Below the pieces are notes generated by a model. It searched no databases, was not told the origin of the DNA, and worked only from the letters and a program-made list of their open reading frames with translations. A DNA stretch of 64,000 nt from a virus. Lineage: Duplodnaviria > Caudoviricetes. Made by a program: the position numbers and the translations under genes. The stretch spans positions 1 through 64,000 of IMG/VR virus record IMGVR_UViG_3300029288_007054; one strand, 5' to 3'. Below, piece after piece: positions 49,156-60,524 of this stretch; position 1 is the stretch's first letter, and each line of letters opens with the position of its first letter.

Positions 49156-50418
49156 CTTATAACTTTTTAAGGCTTCTATAATCTCTTGTATTTGCTGAGA
49201 AGGATTTTTACCATATCTAATGTTTGCCAGCTTCTCTTGAACGAATAAATAAACCCTTATAGCCCTGTTTAGCACTTTCTTTTTTAATTCTTGTTCCGGG
49301 ACATCTGAGTTGGGTGCTACGATATGGTTTCTTACGGTATTGACATATTGATCTGCCATAAAGGGCATCGGGATTATTTCCGCTCCCTTTCTAGTCATGG
49401 TCGTTTTTATCTTGGCTTTTTTATCTTCAATAATCTTTAGATATCTTCTTGGAATTCCTTGTTTACTGGTAAGGAAGTCTATAATCCCATCTGGAGACTG
49501 ATACTGTTCTGCTATACTTCTTTTTTCATTTTCGTTTATTTCTTCATTATACCAAATAGCTGAAGGAAATCTACCCATACCCATTAGTTTTCCAGATATG
49601 CTTCCCCAAGGCATTCCCATAGCCCACAAATGCGCTACTACCATCTGCCATCTCGCTTTTTTAGCAAATATTTCGGCTATTACGTTCCCATTGATCCCAT
49701 TGTTTAGGAATTGTTCGGTCATATTTATCGCATCTTCATAGGTTCCTGTATCTAAAACGTTACTTAGTTTATATAAGACAGCTTCCTTGCTAGTAGGAAA
49801 TGCGTTATCCAGAATAAATTGAGCATCAATTTTGTTAGGACAGGTGATGCACATTTTGCTAATATCCGAATCTAATAATCCACGATCATATCCAACAATA
49901 TTAATCAAGATTCGGGCCTCATAAGACGAGATCTCTTTTCCATGCTTTTCAAAACATTTGATAACAAAATCTATACATTCGTCCATCTGTTTTTCAGTAA
50001 GCAAATCTCCGCTGTTGATTATCTTTGCGCCCTTGATTCCCCTAAAGGTTTCTATAAACTCTTCCCAAGTTTTTTCCATTATTCTGGTTTTAGGGTCAAG
50101 CTTAACATGATTTTCGGAATCCCAAATTATAAGCTTAGTAGAATCGGCACAAGAAGAAGATAAGTCTATGAGAAATTCCCTAACTGCTTTTTTATCTGGA
50201 ATTTCCTTAATTAGCAATACCTTTTCTGAGTCGTCCCAACTAAATAACCCAGCTTCCATTCTAATGCTTTCTAATGATTCAGTGGATGCCGATTTAACAA
50301 CCCATTTGAGCTCAGGATATTTCTTTTTAGCTGAAGTTATTGTATTCTGAGCGACATACAAGTCTCCATAAATAAATATTGGCGATGGGAAGGCCATGTT
50401 AGTTTTCAGAATCAGCAT
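49141..50418 (-). CDS. holA: DNA polymerase III delta subunit-like (clamp loader)
   Basis: IFIYGD, LFSWDDSEKVLLIK, ARILINIVGYDRGLLDSDISKM; adjacent to dnaN and dnaX. Confidence 0.7.
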   Translation of the reverse strand: MLILKTNMAFPSPIFIYGDLYVAQNTITSAKKKYPELKWVVKSASTESLESIRMEAGLFSWDDSEKVLLIKEIPDKKAVREFLIDLSSSCADSTKLIIWDSENHVKLDPKTRIMEKTWEEFIETFRGIKGAKIINSGDLLTEKQMDECIDFVIKCFEKHGKEISSYEARILINIVGYDRGLLDSDISKMCITCPNKIDAQFILDNAFPTSKEAVLYKLSNVLDTGTYEDAINMTEQFLNNGINGNVIAEIFAKKARWQMVVAHLWAMGMPWGSISGKLMGMGRFPSAIWYNEEINENEKRSIAEQYQSPDGIIDFLTSKQGIPRRYLKIIEDKKAKIKTTMTRKGAEIIPMPFMADQYVNTVRNHIVAPNSDVPEQELKKKVLNRAIRVYLFVQEKLANIRYGKNPSQQIQEIIEALKSYKLDSV

Positions 50419-51694
50419 TATAATGAGCGTTGGTCTGGATACCCATTGAAAAATATACTAATGCTTCATCATGGTTTTTGCCTGTAATTTTTACCGTTTT
50501 AAGGTTTTCTGGGATTAACAAATTTACCTCTTCGGATTTAAATACCTTAAGACCTTCCATCAAATGATTTACAGCCCATACTAATTTTGCATCTTGGGCT
50601 ATATTCGGAATATTAGCTTGTTTAATGTTCGGTTTGTATTTATTTTTCTCAGAAATGGCCTTAACAGTAAACGTACCATCCGTTTTATTAAAAATGAATA
50701 AGGCAGCAGAGTTATTAACTACAGAAGCATTAATAAGCATATCAATAAATAATGCCTTTGATATTTCTGCCAATTGTTTATAATCTTTGTCAACTAGTTT
50801 TTGAATGCTTGGAAATTTACTTATTTGCTCCTTTTCCGTACTTACCATGCGAATTTTAAGATTAGGCTGGCTAATAAATATCTTTTCGGTTTCTTCATTA
50901 TACGCAAAGATAAGTTGTTCTGTTTTGTTTATGATTTTAGTAATCTGGCTTAATATAACAGAAGGCGCAAGAAGAGGTTTATCCGATTTGACATCTATTA
51001 CGTTTTCCTTAGGAACCTTATAGAGTGCACAACGAGCCTTATCAGTGGCTGCAAAATAAAGGTCATTAGCATACGTTTGAATATCAATAGCGTCCCATAC
51101 GTGTTTATCATCTTTAGAAAGGGCCGCAAAAGAAACGTTTTCCAGCGCCTCTGTCAATTGCCCACCTTGCATTTCGAAATATTTTTCTGCTTTTTGATCA
51201 TAATCGATTGCAACCATGTGGGTGGGATCGAAACAATCCAGCTCCCACTTTCCGCTTGTTTTAGAAGTGTCTTTTGAAATAAGTTTAACGGTCCCTATTC
51301 TTTTAATCATAAATTTAGAGAGATCTTGGTTGTCATTGACCTCTCCGTCAAAAGTGTTTATTACGTCTGGAACAGGAAGTTTATTCAGAGTGAGACTGAT
51401 TGTAGAATCTGGACCCTGAACCTTAGCCCAAAGAATTAGCTCTTTAGCTGGAACCAAAACGCTTCCTTCTTCTTTAACTATTATCCCATTTTGTTCTGTT
51501 ACTGGAATTGAATATTTTACTGAAAGCAAATCAGTAGATGATTCAACTATGAAGTTCTTATTAACAGTAATCCTTATGCATTTGTTAAGCATTGCCATTA
51601 CCGTAATTTCAGACTGAACGTTTTCGGCAATAGCAGCTAAAGAACCTTTCTCCAGTGCTTCTATCAATATTTTTTGACGGATTCCTACTTTCAT
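50399..51694 (-). CDS. dnaN: DNA polymerase III beta sliding clamp
   Basis: STDL.., EGSVLVPAKEL, AATDKARCA, three-domain length. Confidence 0.8.
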   Translation of the reverse strand: MKVGIRQKILIEALEKGSLAAIAENVQSEITVMAMLNKCIRITVNKNFIVESSTDLLSVKYSIPVTEQNGIIVKEEGSVLVPAKELILWAKVQGPDSTISLTLNKLPVPDVINTFDGEVNDNQDLSKFMIKRIGTVKLISKDTSKTSGKWELDCFDPTHMVAIDYDQKAEKYFEMQGGQLTEALENVSFAALSKDDKHVWDAIDIQTYANDLYFAATDKARCALYKVPKENVIDVKSDKPLLAPSVILSQITKIINKTEQLIFAYNEETEKIFISQPNLKIRMVSTEKEQISKFPSIQKLVDKDYKQLAEISKALFIDMLINASVVNNSAALFIFNKTDGTFTVKAISEKNKYKPNIKQANIPNIAQDAKLVWAVNHLMEGLKVFKSEEVNLLIPENLKTVKITGKNHDEALVYFSMGIQTNAHYNADSEN

Positions 51695-51744
51695 TTATTG
51701 CTCCTTTGGTTTACTACATCTTCTTAAAGTATATTATACAACTA

Positions 51745-52713
51745 TTATACACTTTTCGGCAAGAATATTGGAAGATCCTCTATCTTACCATATTCAAACA
51801 AATGCATAGCTTTTTTACGAATTCTCAATAGCGCATTATCAATACTCTTAGTGTTATACCTTCTATCAAGTGAGATAGATATGTTTTTAGATATTTCTCT
51901 ATAGGAAGAACTTGACAGATATTCTTTTAGCACCACTCTTTCAAAACTAGATAAGGCATTTAATAACGTAGTTTTGGTTACAATATATGCTTCATTTTTT
52001 TCCAGCGTTTCGTCGCAAGAAGCCTTATTGTCTGCAATAATATTAGCATAGGTAGTTTTATGTTCATCATCATCGTTTTTGCCAATCGGTGAGCTGTCTA
52101 AGGAAATCGCTTGATTAATAGATTGATCTTTCTTTCTATTCTTTGATGCATTCAATAGCGTTATAAGATGTCTTCGTATACACATCTTCGCAAAATTCAA
52201 GAAACTCATACCTTTACCTCTTTTAAAATTAGGTATTGCTTTTATTTTTAAGGCAATCAATGTCTCCTGATAGATATCTACCGTTTGCAGCCCTTTGATG
52301 AAAGGGAATTTTTTTAAGCAAACGTTTATGAGATAACCATGCATATAAAGGTGTATCTTATTAAATATTTTATTCATTTCTTCTTCATCAGGATTTTGTT
52401 GTTTTTCTATATTCTGCATTTCTATTGCTAAAGAATCCAACTCTCTTTTAACCTGCTTAGGAGATCCCATTAACGGTTCTTTAACGCATGGAAGCTTAAA
52501 CATAATTTGTTCAAGCATATCTCTTGAGGGAGCCTCTGGAGTTTCGGGGGCATCAGGTGCATCAGCAGTGTTCTCAATCAGGCTTGTTCCTACACCCTTC
52601 AGGATTTCAGATTCCAAAGCCCTAATCACCGGAATCTTAGACAAACGAGTTTCTTTAATTAACTTCTTATCTTTTTTACTTTTTCTGTTCGCTAACTTTT
52701 TTGGTCTTGCCAT
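51745..52713 (-). CDS. sigma-70 family factor, SigH/ECF-like
   Basis: DIYQE, SFLNFAKMCIRRHLITLL, ISLD, LSSFERVVL, SYREIS, KSIDNALLRIRKK (similar to SigH KSIDNALQR). Confidence 0.85.
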   Translation of the reverse strand: MARPKKLANRKSKKDKKLIKETRLSKIPVIRALESEILKGVGTSLIENTADAPDAPETPEAPSRDMLEQIMFKLPCVKEPLMGSPKQVKRELDSLAIEMQNIEKQQNPDEEEMNKIFNKIHLYMHGYLINVCLKKFPFIKGLQTVDIYQETLIALKIKAIPNFKRGKGMSFLNFAKMCIRRHLITLLNASKNRKKDQSINQAISLDSSPIGKNDDDEHKTTYANIIADNKASCDETLEKNEAYIVTKTTLLNALSSFERVVLKEYLSSSSYREISKNISISLDRRYNTKSIDNALLRIRKKAMHLFEYGKIEDLPIFLPKSV

Positions 52714-52767
52714 TTTTATTCTCCCTGTTTAAGGAGACTAAAAAGGCGATTTCATTGTTATAAAACT

Positions 52768-53877
52768 TTATTTAGATCGAAGGAGTTCAACACAATTAAT
52801 AATTGTCGCCTCCATAATCCACCTATCATTTATATTAAATGTTTGTTTCTTATCTACTTCTATAGAAGCAAATAATCTGGCCAATTTAAGTAACTGAGCC
52901 ATTGTTAATCCACTACCTATTTTTTTAATTTCCTGAGTTTCATTATCTGGTAAATCAACCAGTTTTGTGTCGCCATTCTGTGCCTTGATCACCATTGCGT
53001 TTCTAAAGACTTCAGAAATTTCATCAATAATCTCTTTCGGTTGGACAGATGCCATGATCAAATCGTTAATTTGGTCAAGAATTAACGAGATATTGCTATC
53101 TAAAATTGCATTTGCGATATTCAATATACCTTGACGATCTGCCAGTCCGAAATATTTTTGGGCATTAGAAGCTGTTATTAATTTTTCTCCCGCAAGCGTC
53201 CCAACTTGTTCGAGATATCCAATTGCATCTCTCATACTACCTCTTGCCATTTTTGCAATTAGAAACAACGCATCGTTTTCGATATTTATATTCTCTTGTT
53301 TTGCAATGATAGACAACCTTGCTACAATATCCTTAGAGGGTATTTTTGAAAAGTTAAATTTTTGGCAACGGGATAAGGAAGTGGTTAATATTTTGTCAAT
53401 CTCTGTTGTACAAAGAATAAAGGATAAATAAGACGGCGGTTCTTCTAGTGTTTTTAATAAGGCTGAAGCTGCAGCGTTAGTTAATCTATGAACTTCGTCT
53501 ATAATGTAAATTTTTCTATTGAGCTCTTGAGGAGACCATTGAGCGGCATCTATAACGTTTTTCACATTTTCCACTCCGCTATTAGAGGCTCCGTCAATTT
53601 CAATAACATCCGATGCCACGCCCTGATGGATAGTAGAACATGCCCTACATTTTCCACAAAGTTTGCCATCAACAGCGTTTTCGCATTCCATTAAATTAGC
53701 TAAAATTCTAGCCATAGAAGTTTTTCCGCTGCCATGATTTCCACTAAATAAATAGGCATGGGCAAAACGCTTATTGATAGATGCTTGTTTCAAAGTGGCC
53801 ACTACATGACGCTGACCAACAATATCTTCTAACTGGAAGGGTCTGTATTTTCTATACAATACCAAATCTTTAAACAT
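52768..53877 (-). CDS. dnaX: DNA polymerase III gamma/tau subunit
   Basis: LYRKYRP, DIVGQ, HAYLFSGNHGSGKT, Zn cluster CEN..CGKCRAC, IIDEVH, LLKTLEEPP, SRCQ, GSMRDA. Confidence 0.95.
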   Translation of the reverse strand: MFKDLVLYRKYRPFQLEDIVGQRHVVATLKQASINKRFAHAYLFSGNHGSGKTSMARILANLMECENAVDGKLCGKCRACSTIHQGVASDVIEIDGASNSGVENVKNVIDAAQWSPQELNRKIYIIDEVHRLTNAAASALLKTLEEPPSYLSFILCTTEIDKILTTSLSRCQKFNFSKIPSKDIVARLSIIAKQENINIENDALFLIAKMARGSMRDAIGYLEQVGTLAGEKLITASNAQKYFGLADRQGILNIANAILDSNISLILDQINDLIMASVQPKEIIDEISEVFRNAMVIKAQNGDTKLVDLPDNETQEIKKIGSGLTMAQLLKLARLFASIEVDKKQTFNINDRWIMEATIINCVELLRSK

Positions 53878-53992
53878 GAAATCTCCTACTCTCTATAACG
53901 TATATGTCTTTTTCCTTCTTAGATGTATCACATTTATTATACATTTTTTACTAAAAAAGAGGAAGGAAATTTATCAAAAGGGGCAAAAAATA

Positions 53993-54436
53993 CTATCTAA
54001 TGATTTTCTTATATAATTGATTGATTTTTTCGATGAATTCTGGAAGAGAACCGTTGTTTTCTATAGTTTCTATGTTCGGCAGATTAATTGTAGAAACACC
54101 GGGGCGATATATCTGAAATGTTGTGATTTTGTTAGTTTCAGCCTCGTCCATAGATATGTCATCAAATACTATCATTGTTTTATCATCTGGAACCGTGATA
54201 AGAACAAGATTTAACCAGTATTCTTTACTTACTTTAACGCCCCTTCTTCTAACGTTATTCAAAGTAGACTTATCTTGTTGGATCTCTTTATTCGGAAATA
54301 GATACTTAGCAAATTCTCTTACTTTATCATTTATGCTAGCTTTATGGAAACCTTTTCTTTTAAAGAAATCAGATGCTGTTGTTCTTCCACTGTTATGATC
54401 CCCTATAAAGCCTATAATTATTTTTTTCATTTGCAT
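53993..54436 (-). CDS. P-loop nucleotide kinase-like (dNMP/dephospho-CoA kinase fold)
   Basis: IIGFIGDHNSGRTT, IVFDD, IENNGSL. Confidence 0.6.
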   Translation of the reverse strand: MQMKKIIIGFIGDHNSGRTTASDFFKRKGFHKASINDKVREFAKYLFPNKEIQQDKSTLNNVRRRGVKVSKEYWLNLVLITVPDDKTMIVFDDISMDEAETNKITTFQIYRPGVSTINLPNIETIENNGSLPEFIEKINQLYKKIIR

Positions 54437-55305
54437 TAATTAAAAGTTCTACCGACACCTGTGAATGGAATTTCGCAAACAATCGGCCCCACCATTCCTT
54501 CAACCTGAGAAGTATAGAATACAACATTCATTTTAATACTCAACCCGCCAGCAGCTATAAAATTTATTGAATTGACAGTGCTCGTTTGTGTAGGGATAAA
54601 ACGCTGGCCTTGATCTAAATAACAAGAAATAGACCCTGTGACTTCCTGCATTCCTATCCTCAAGTCAGCTGGAAGTAAACCAGCGTTCTCTCCTGAACCC
54701 GTACCACAAGTATAAATATTTTGGATGTTGTTATTAATTTTCATCGAGAAGCCTCTGATTTGAGTGAATGAAGGATCTGAAGAAATGGTTACTTTATCCC
54801 ATGTAACCATTTTTTCGGCTGTTATATATGATAATCCAGCGCTGCCTTCTTGTGTAGCATTCTTAGCAGCAATGTCAACTGTTATGTTTAATATATCTCC
54901 AGCTTGGATATTAACATCATAACCATTTACTCTACATTCCGTAAATGAAATTTGACCATTACTTCCTCCAGTACCACCATCCTTGCAATAATATTGATAG
55001 GTTAGAGTTGGGATATATGTTCCACTAACTGCTTCGTCAAAAAAAGCCGATGCAGAATTTTCTGTGGCCGGGAATGATAGTGACCCACCTAAACGAATAA
55101 CAGACGGTCTCCATATGCGCCTTTGAGTATTGACAGTTCCTACAGATTCGCCCTTAGTAGTATTACCACTGGGGATGGTATCGTTTAATCCTATAACGTG
55201 ATTAAAAAACTGCGCATCCTGAGTCGTATTCAAACCAAAAGAAGTGCATCTTATCTTTCGGCCTCCAACACTCATTAATCCAGTATAACCGGGTAATACA
55301 TTCAC
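54436..55305 (-). CDS. putative phage tail tube / structural protein
   Basis: Beta-rich G/T/S composition, GSLSF, VTGSISCY resembling tail-tube folds; no host-enzyme motifs. Confidence 0.55.
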   Translation of the reverse strand: MNVLPGYTGLMSVGGRKIRCTSFGLNTTQDAQFFNHVIGLNDTIPSGNTTKGESVGTVNTQRRIWRPSVIRLGGSLSFPATENSASAFFDEAVSGTYIPTLTYQYYCKDGGTGGSNGQISFTECRVNGYDVNIQAGDILNITVDIAAKNATQEGSAGLSYITAEKMVTWDKVTISSDPSFTQIRGFSMKINNNIQNIYTCGTGSGENAGLLPADLRIGMQEVTGSISCYLDQGQRFIPTQTSTVNSINFIAAGGLSIKMNVVFYTSQVEGMVGPIVCEIPFTGVGRTFN

Positions 55306-55320
55306 TACATTTACATCAGA

Positions 55321-57426
55321 TCAAAGTGTATCCAAATCATCTGTTGCGTCAGCGTTACTTTCGTCATTTCCTGTACCAGTGTCTTGTTCCGAAGCCTCCT
55401 TCTTAGGATATTTTTTGAAACTCTTTTTGTTACTTGGCGTACCGTCTAATTGTTCGCTATACGTGCATTTGGGGTACTTACTACACCCATAGAACTTATC
55501 TCCGCTACTCTTATTACTTCTTTCTACAAGCTCTCCATCCCTTCCTGCTTTTTGACAATCAGGACATTTTTTCCCGGTTGTTTTAAACTGCTTCTTCTCT
55601 TTTATAGAAAAAGTTCCATCCTCTGCCTTAGTGTAAACAGTCTTACAATCAGGCCATTTATTACAAGAATAGAAAACCCCATACTGTCCTCTTTTTTCTA
55701 CGATTTCGCCTTCTTTACAAACGATACATTTACCCATGACTTTCTGCTCCTTTTGCTGTGTTTCCGAATTACTCTCAGAACTCTTTATATGTTTCTGTAG
55801 AATTTCATATACTGACCCGACTACATCTAAATATGTCTTTTTACCATCTGCTATTTCATCAAGGCTTTTTTCCAACATGGATGTATATTTTATATCCATA
55901 AAGAAATCCTTGAAATTGGGTTGCAAATAATCATTGATTCTTAAACCCAAATCAGACGCTATTAAACCCTTACCTTTTCCCTTCTCAATATTCACATACA
56001 TCTTTTTTTGAATAGAGGTAATAATTGAAGCCCTAGTAGCAGGTCTACCTACCCCATCCTTTTCCATTGCATTAGCTAATGTTCTTTCATTATACCTAGC
56101 TGGCGGTTCAGTAGTGTGCTTTGTTCGTTTAATATCCTTCAGATCAAGACACTCCTTTTCTGAAACTGGCGGCAATACTGCTTCTTTTGTTTTTGAATAA
56201 GGATAAATCTCTGTCCATCCTGCAAACTTTATACTCTGTCCTCTAGCAATCAGCGAATGTCCAGTATCAGTACTAACATAATATGCAACCGTATCAATGA
56301 TCTGAGGAGTCATCTGACATGCTATAAATCTAGCTCTAATTAGCTTATACATTTTTTGTTCATCTGAGGAATCAATATCATTTCCTTCATCTTCAAGATG
56401 GGTTGGTCTTATACATTCATGAGCTTCTTGTGCTGCTGCGCTAGATTTCTTAGCATAAACATTTGCACTAGCCGGGAGATATTCTTTTGAGAATCCATTT
56501 TGAATAAATCTTCTTACTTCTGTAATAGCTTCTGGTGCCACACTGAAAGAATCAGTTCTAATGTAAGTTACTTTACCTGCCTCATAAAGCTTCTGGGCGA
56601 TAGTTTGAGATTTACTAAGACTCCATCCAAAAACAGAAGAGCATGATCCCTGCAATGAATTTGTGTCAAAAGGAGGAAAAGGATTATTTCTCTTTTCTGC
56701 CTTTTCGATCTTATCCATCTTGTACTTTGCAGTTTTAAGCTTTTCAAGATCCTGAGCAGAAATTTTATCGTCTACGTACCTATTTTCTTTTTCTTTCGTG
56801 ATAACTTTAGCCCAAAATTCACCTTTTTCGCACTTTAACAGAGCCTCTATAAACCAGTAATCTTCCGGTTTGAATGCGTCTATCTCTCTTTGCCTATCGC
56901 ATACAAGTTTAAGGGCAACGCTTTGAACCCTGCCTGCTGAAGACTTGTTTATATGGGCCGAATACCATAAAACAGGAGAGACCTTATATCCGATCAGCCT
57001 ATCCAAAACCTGCCTAGCCTTTTGAGCGTCCACAAGATTTTGATCTATATCTCTAGGGGATTTAAGGGCATTTAAAATATCTGTTTTTGTAATCTTGTCA
57101 AAGGCCACTCTTTTACATTTCTTCTGTGAGGCCTTGTCTAAAACATCATAAATGTGAAAGGCAATTCCTTCGCCTTCCCGGTCCATGTCAGTAGCTAGAA
57201 ATATTTCATCTGCTTTTTTTGCTGCTTCTTGTATTTTCTTAACTACATCCTTCTTATCCTTGGAAATTTCATATTTCGGCACGAAACCGTTCTTAACATC
57301 TATATTTATTCCTTTTTTAGGGATCTCCCTGATATGTCCAACAGATGCCATTACGTTATAATCAGCCCCAAGATATGATTTAATCTTAACGCATTTATTT
57401 GGTGATTCTACTATAAACAATTTCAT
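55321..57426 (-). CDS. topA: type IA DNA topoisomerase with C-terminal Zn ribbons
   Basis: [62 protein letters not shown]. Confidence 0.95.
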   Translation of the reverse strand: MKLFIVESPNKCVKIKSYLGADYNVMASVGHIREIPKKGINIDVKNGFVPKYEISKDKKDVVKKIQEAAKKADEIFLATDMDREGEGIAFHIYDVLDKASQKKCKRVAFDKITKTDILNALKSPRDIDQNLVDAQKARQVLDRLIGYKVSPVLWYSAHINKSSAGRVQSVALKLVCDRQREIDAFKPEDYWFIEALLKCEKGEFWAKVITKEKENRYVDDKISAQDLEKLKTAKYKMDKIEKAEKRNNPFPPFDTNSLQGSCSSVFGWSLSKSQTIAQKLYEAGKVTYIRTDSFSVAPEAITEVRRFIQNGFSKEYLPASANVYAKKSSAAAQEAHECIRPTHLEDEGNDIDSSDEQKMYKLIRARFIACQMTPQIIDTVAYYVSTDTGHSLIARGQSIKFAGWTEIYPYSKTKEAVLPPVSEKECLDLKDIKRTKHTTEPPARYNERTLANAMEKDGVGRPATRASIITSIQKKMYVNIEKGKGKGLIASDLGLRINDYLQPNFKDFFMDIKYTSMLEKSLDEIADGKKTYLDVVGSVYEILQKHIKSSESNSETQQKEQKVMGKCIVCKEGEIVEKRGQYGVFYSCNKWPDCKTVYTKAEDGTFSIKEKKQFKTTGKKCPDCQKAGRDGELVERSNKSSGDKFYGCSKYPKCTYSEQLDGTPSNKKSFKKYPKKEASEQDTGTGNDESNADATDDLDTL

Positions 57427-57992
57427 ATTTTACTCCCACAGCATTTTTTATACTTCTTGCCACTACCACATGGGCATGGATCGTTTCTGCCTATCTTTTC
57501 ATTCTCTCTTTTTGTAGGAATTGCTTTTATATCATAATCGATAATTAGCTTCCCCTCAAAGTGATCAAGCTCATGTTGAACCGCTATAGCAATCAAACCA
57601 TCGTTTCCGGGTTCATCTTCTTTGGAGTAGTAAAAAGACAATTTTTCATCTTCAAAATGATCATTTTCTATCCTTCGATTCTTAATTACAATCTGTCGAT
57701 ATCTTTTAGTATCTCGAAAGATGTCAGGGAAGGAGAGGCATCCCTCCCTAACAAATATCATTTCATCTTCTGCTTCAATCAATTCGGGATTTATTAAATG
57801 GATAAAGCTTTCTCCCTTTTTAATAACCCCCAATCTTTTATTTTGTCCAATTTGGATTGCTGCAAGTCCAATGCCATGATCTAGCGGCCTGAGCGTGTTT
57901 TCAAGCGCTTCAATTAGAAATTGAGCCTCACCAACAGAAGTAATCGGTTCTGATTTTTTTCTAAGAGCATCTATATCTTGGACAATTTTCAC
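57423..57992 (-). CDS. def: peptide deformylase fused to a SEC-C motif
   Basis: [24 protein letters not shown]; C-terminal [20 protein letters not shown]. Confidence 0.92.
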   Translation of the reverse strand: MKIVQDIDALRKKSEPITSVGEAQFLIEALENTLRPLDHGIGLAAIQIGQNKRLGVIKKGESFIHLINPELIEAEDEMIFVREGCLSFPDIFRDTKRYRQIVIKNRRIENDHFEDEKLSFYYSKEDEPGNDGLIAIAVQHELDHFEGKLIIDYDIKAIPTKRENEKIGRNDPCPCGSGKKYKKCCGSKI

Positions 57993-58864
57993 TTATCTCC
58001 TCTCAAAAAATAAGTTCCACTATCATTATCAAAACCCACAATATTTTTCTTGTATAATTCGGCTATACATTTAGATAGGGACTCATGAATCATCTTATGC
58101 TCAGATCTATTACATAAATATAAATTATTTATTGAATTGTTAAACGTATCTCCATCTATATGATGAACTACTTCGTTTCGATATAAACTTCTTCCTATTA
58201 TTTGTTCAATAATATACATATGTATTGCCCTATTTTCTCCTTTTTTAGAGATATAGTTGCTATTTCTATTAGCCTTTTTAAAAATCTGAGGAATAATACT
58301 AGTTAAGTCAGCTTTTAAAACCGCCCCACCATATTTGTTAACAGGATTAAAAACAGGACAGACGATGGTTTGATATATACCTAAAAATTCATTGAACCAA
58401 ACTCTTTTATTTAGCATTGCCATTGCTATTTGTTCCATTTTATGATGACATTTTCTATGTTCTTTGCAACTAGCAAAAATAAATAAGTTATCCATTGAAT
58501 TATTTAACTTCACACAACTAATATGATGAACTTGTTCCCCATGAATAAGTTTTCTGCCAAGTTTTTTTTCAGCAATAACTCTATGCTCAAACTGGTTCTT
58601 CCCTTCATAATAAATTCTACGATACCCATCTGGAGATATACCACCTTTGAACTTCTTATTCTGATCACCTATAATTATCTTTTTATATTCTCTAGCATTA
58701 GCACACATTAAGCACAAATGTTTTCCGGGATGACGTTTTTGACCTAGTTTAAAAGAAGAACTAAACATTTCAAATTCCTCTTTGCATTTATCACATGATA
58801 GCAATATTTTTTTATCATGTTTATCACATTTTTTTCTTTTGACTCTAAACGACCTAATAATCAT
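57989..58864 (-). CDS. HNH homing endonuclease with two HNH domains
   Basis: EHRVIAE..GEQVHHI..NNSMDNL and [25 protein letters not shown]. Confidence 0.88.
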   Translation of the reverse strand: MIIRSFRVKRKKCDKHDKKILLSCDKCKEEFEMFSSSFKLGQKRHPGKHLCLMCANAREYKKIIIGDQNKKFKGGISPDGYRRIYYEGKNQFEHRVIAEKKLGRKLIHGEQVHHISCVKLNNSMDNLFIFASCKEHRKCHHKMEQIAMAMLNKRVWFNEFLGIYQTIVCPVFNPVNKYGGAVLKADLTSIIPQIFKKANRNSNYISKKGENRAIHMYIIEQIIGRSLYRNEVVHHIDGDTFNNSINNLYLCNRSEHKMIHESLSKCIAELYKKNIVGFDNDSGTYFLRGDK

Positions 58865-58865
58865 A

Positions 58866-58916
58866 TTCCAATCCCTCCAATGTTTTATATGATATAATTC
58901 AATAGAGGGATTGGAA
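58866..58916 (-). promoter_or_regulatory. hairpin sequestering the SD of the HNH gene
   Basis: Perfect 12-bp inverted repeat TTCCAATCCCTC (58866-58877) / GAGGGATTGGAA (58905-58916); the 3' arm on the mRNA carries most of the GGAGGG SD, ending 1 nt before ATG. Confidence 0.75.
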
Positions 58917-58930
58917 AACTTCTTTTTACT

Positions 58931-59533
58931 TTAAAATATATCTCCTTTAGATTCGTCTACCGCATCTGTGGCGGGGACGGTTCCTTTATTATCTAATACC
59001 TTTTTGGGACGACCTCTTTTATTTTTTTCTATTTCATTCTCAGGTATTTCGTCCTTTTCTTCTAGTTCTTCTTCCATACTTGGCCTAAGTTCTAAATTGA
59101 ATTTAACATCTTCTAAAATTAAATTAGGAAGATCCTTAGAGTTAACCCAATTTACTCCAACTTTATCGAGTACTAATTTGAAATCTTCACAATCATGTTT
59201 AATGGTTTTACCTACTTCGCTATGAATATGAAGTAATTCATGCAAAAGAATCCATTGACGTTTCTTTTCATCCCACTCTTTCCAGTCCGACCAGTAAATT
59301 TCCAAAATATACCTAACCGGAATATTATTGTCCTGAAGCACTGCCTTTTCGCATCCTTTAACTGGTTTAATTTTGGCCAATGTAGTATTCTTTTCCGACC
59401 TTTCCTTATTTTCGATGCCATAAACGGCAATCATCTGAGGCCTGACACACCACAATACATCAGGCTGTTTCTCACACAACTGCTTCACCATCTCTTCAGC
59501 TTCCTTTACTCTTGAATATACTTTTTCTGTCAT
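58931..59533 (-). CDS. phage putative metallopeptidase-domain protein
   Basis: YILEIY..W...QWILLHELLHI...KHDCEDF; start reassigned to MTEKVY. Confidence 0.75.
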   Translation of the reverse strand: MTEKVYSRVKEAEEMVKQLCEKQPDVLWCVRPQMIAVYGIENKERSEKNTTLAKIKPVKGCEKAVLQDNNIPVRYILEIYWSDWKEWDEKKRQWILLHELLHIHSEVGKTIKHDCEDFKLVLDKVGVNWVNSKDLPNLILEDVKFNLELRPSMEEELEEKDEIPENEIEKNKRGRPKKVLDNKGTVPATDAVDESKGDIF

Positions 59534-59780
59534 TACCGTCTCCCTTTTACTTTGTTTTTTCCACTCTAAAATTAATGATATCGTCAACTGGCAAAATATC
59601 AATCTCTACGGCATGATGAGTTATAAATGGAACCCCTTCGGTGATTGCCTTATTCAATTCTTTTTTTACCCAGTTTATATCAGCTTGACTTGCAGGCCTT
59701 TCATCAGTGCCAACTTTCACAATCATTAACTTCTTTAGTTTCTTTGATTCTTTCATTGCTGTTCTCCTTTTTGTTAATTA

Positions 59781-60524
59781 TTATACATATCTTACCCGAA
59801 CATTCTTACAATAAGTTTTAGCTATCTTTAAAAGCTCGTCAACTTCTTCTGGTTCATATGGTGTAACATTATACGCATCTTCACTCAACATGTTTTTATT
59901 GTGCCTGAATTGTTGCAATATCCATGCGCAATCTGATCTCAACATGGAACCTATTTCTTCGATAGCCTTTTTATCTATAAATAAAGGATAGAGAGTAGTC
60001 CTAACTTCGTAATCGAAATCCTTTCTATGTAACTTAGCCTCTATCAACTGAACATGTGATCTAATTAGACTCATACCATACGACTTATTAAATTCAGGTA
60101 TCATATTTTCCGATTCTGAAGCTATTTGAGATATATCTTCTGATCTGGCGCATTTAAAATCCAAAGCTACATAGTTGACCAACGGAAGTACTTTTTTTAG
60201 TATTTCAGGCATATTACCATTAGTAGACATCCCAACCATGCACCCCCATGACTTTAACTCGTTTATAAGGGCAATAAGAGCTCCTACTGGGGTTACAGTG
60301 GGTTCTCCTCCACTAAGCATAATCCATTCACATCTTTCTTTTAAAACATATTGCTTAATTTCCTCGATATTTAGGGGCGCAATACGCTCATTTTTAACAA
60401 GTCTAGCATTCATACAATATGGACATCTAAGATTACAACCTTTGAGGAATATAGACGGAGCAAAGACATTATGTCCAGCCTCACTCGTTTTATTAAATCC
60501 ATATATGTTAGGTAACTTTTTCAT
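59781..60524 (-). CDS. radical SAM activase (NrdG/PflA-like)
   Basis: IFLKGCNLRCPYCMN, LSGGEPT, STNG, YEVRTT; start reassigned to MKKLPN. Confidence 0.85.
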   Translation of the reverse strand: MKKLPNIYGFNKTSEAGHNVFAPSIFLKGCNLRCPYCMNARLVKNERIAPLNIEEIKQYVLKERCEWIMLSGGEPTVTPVGALIALINELKSWGCMVGMSTNGNMPEILKKVLPLVNYVALDFKCARSEDISQIASESENMIPEFNKSYGMSLIRSHVQLIEAKLHRKDFDYEVRTTLYPLFIDKKAIEEIGSMLRSDCAWILQQFRHNKNMLSEDAYNVTPYEPEEVDELLKIAKTYCKNVRVRYV

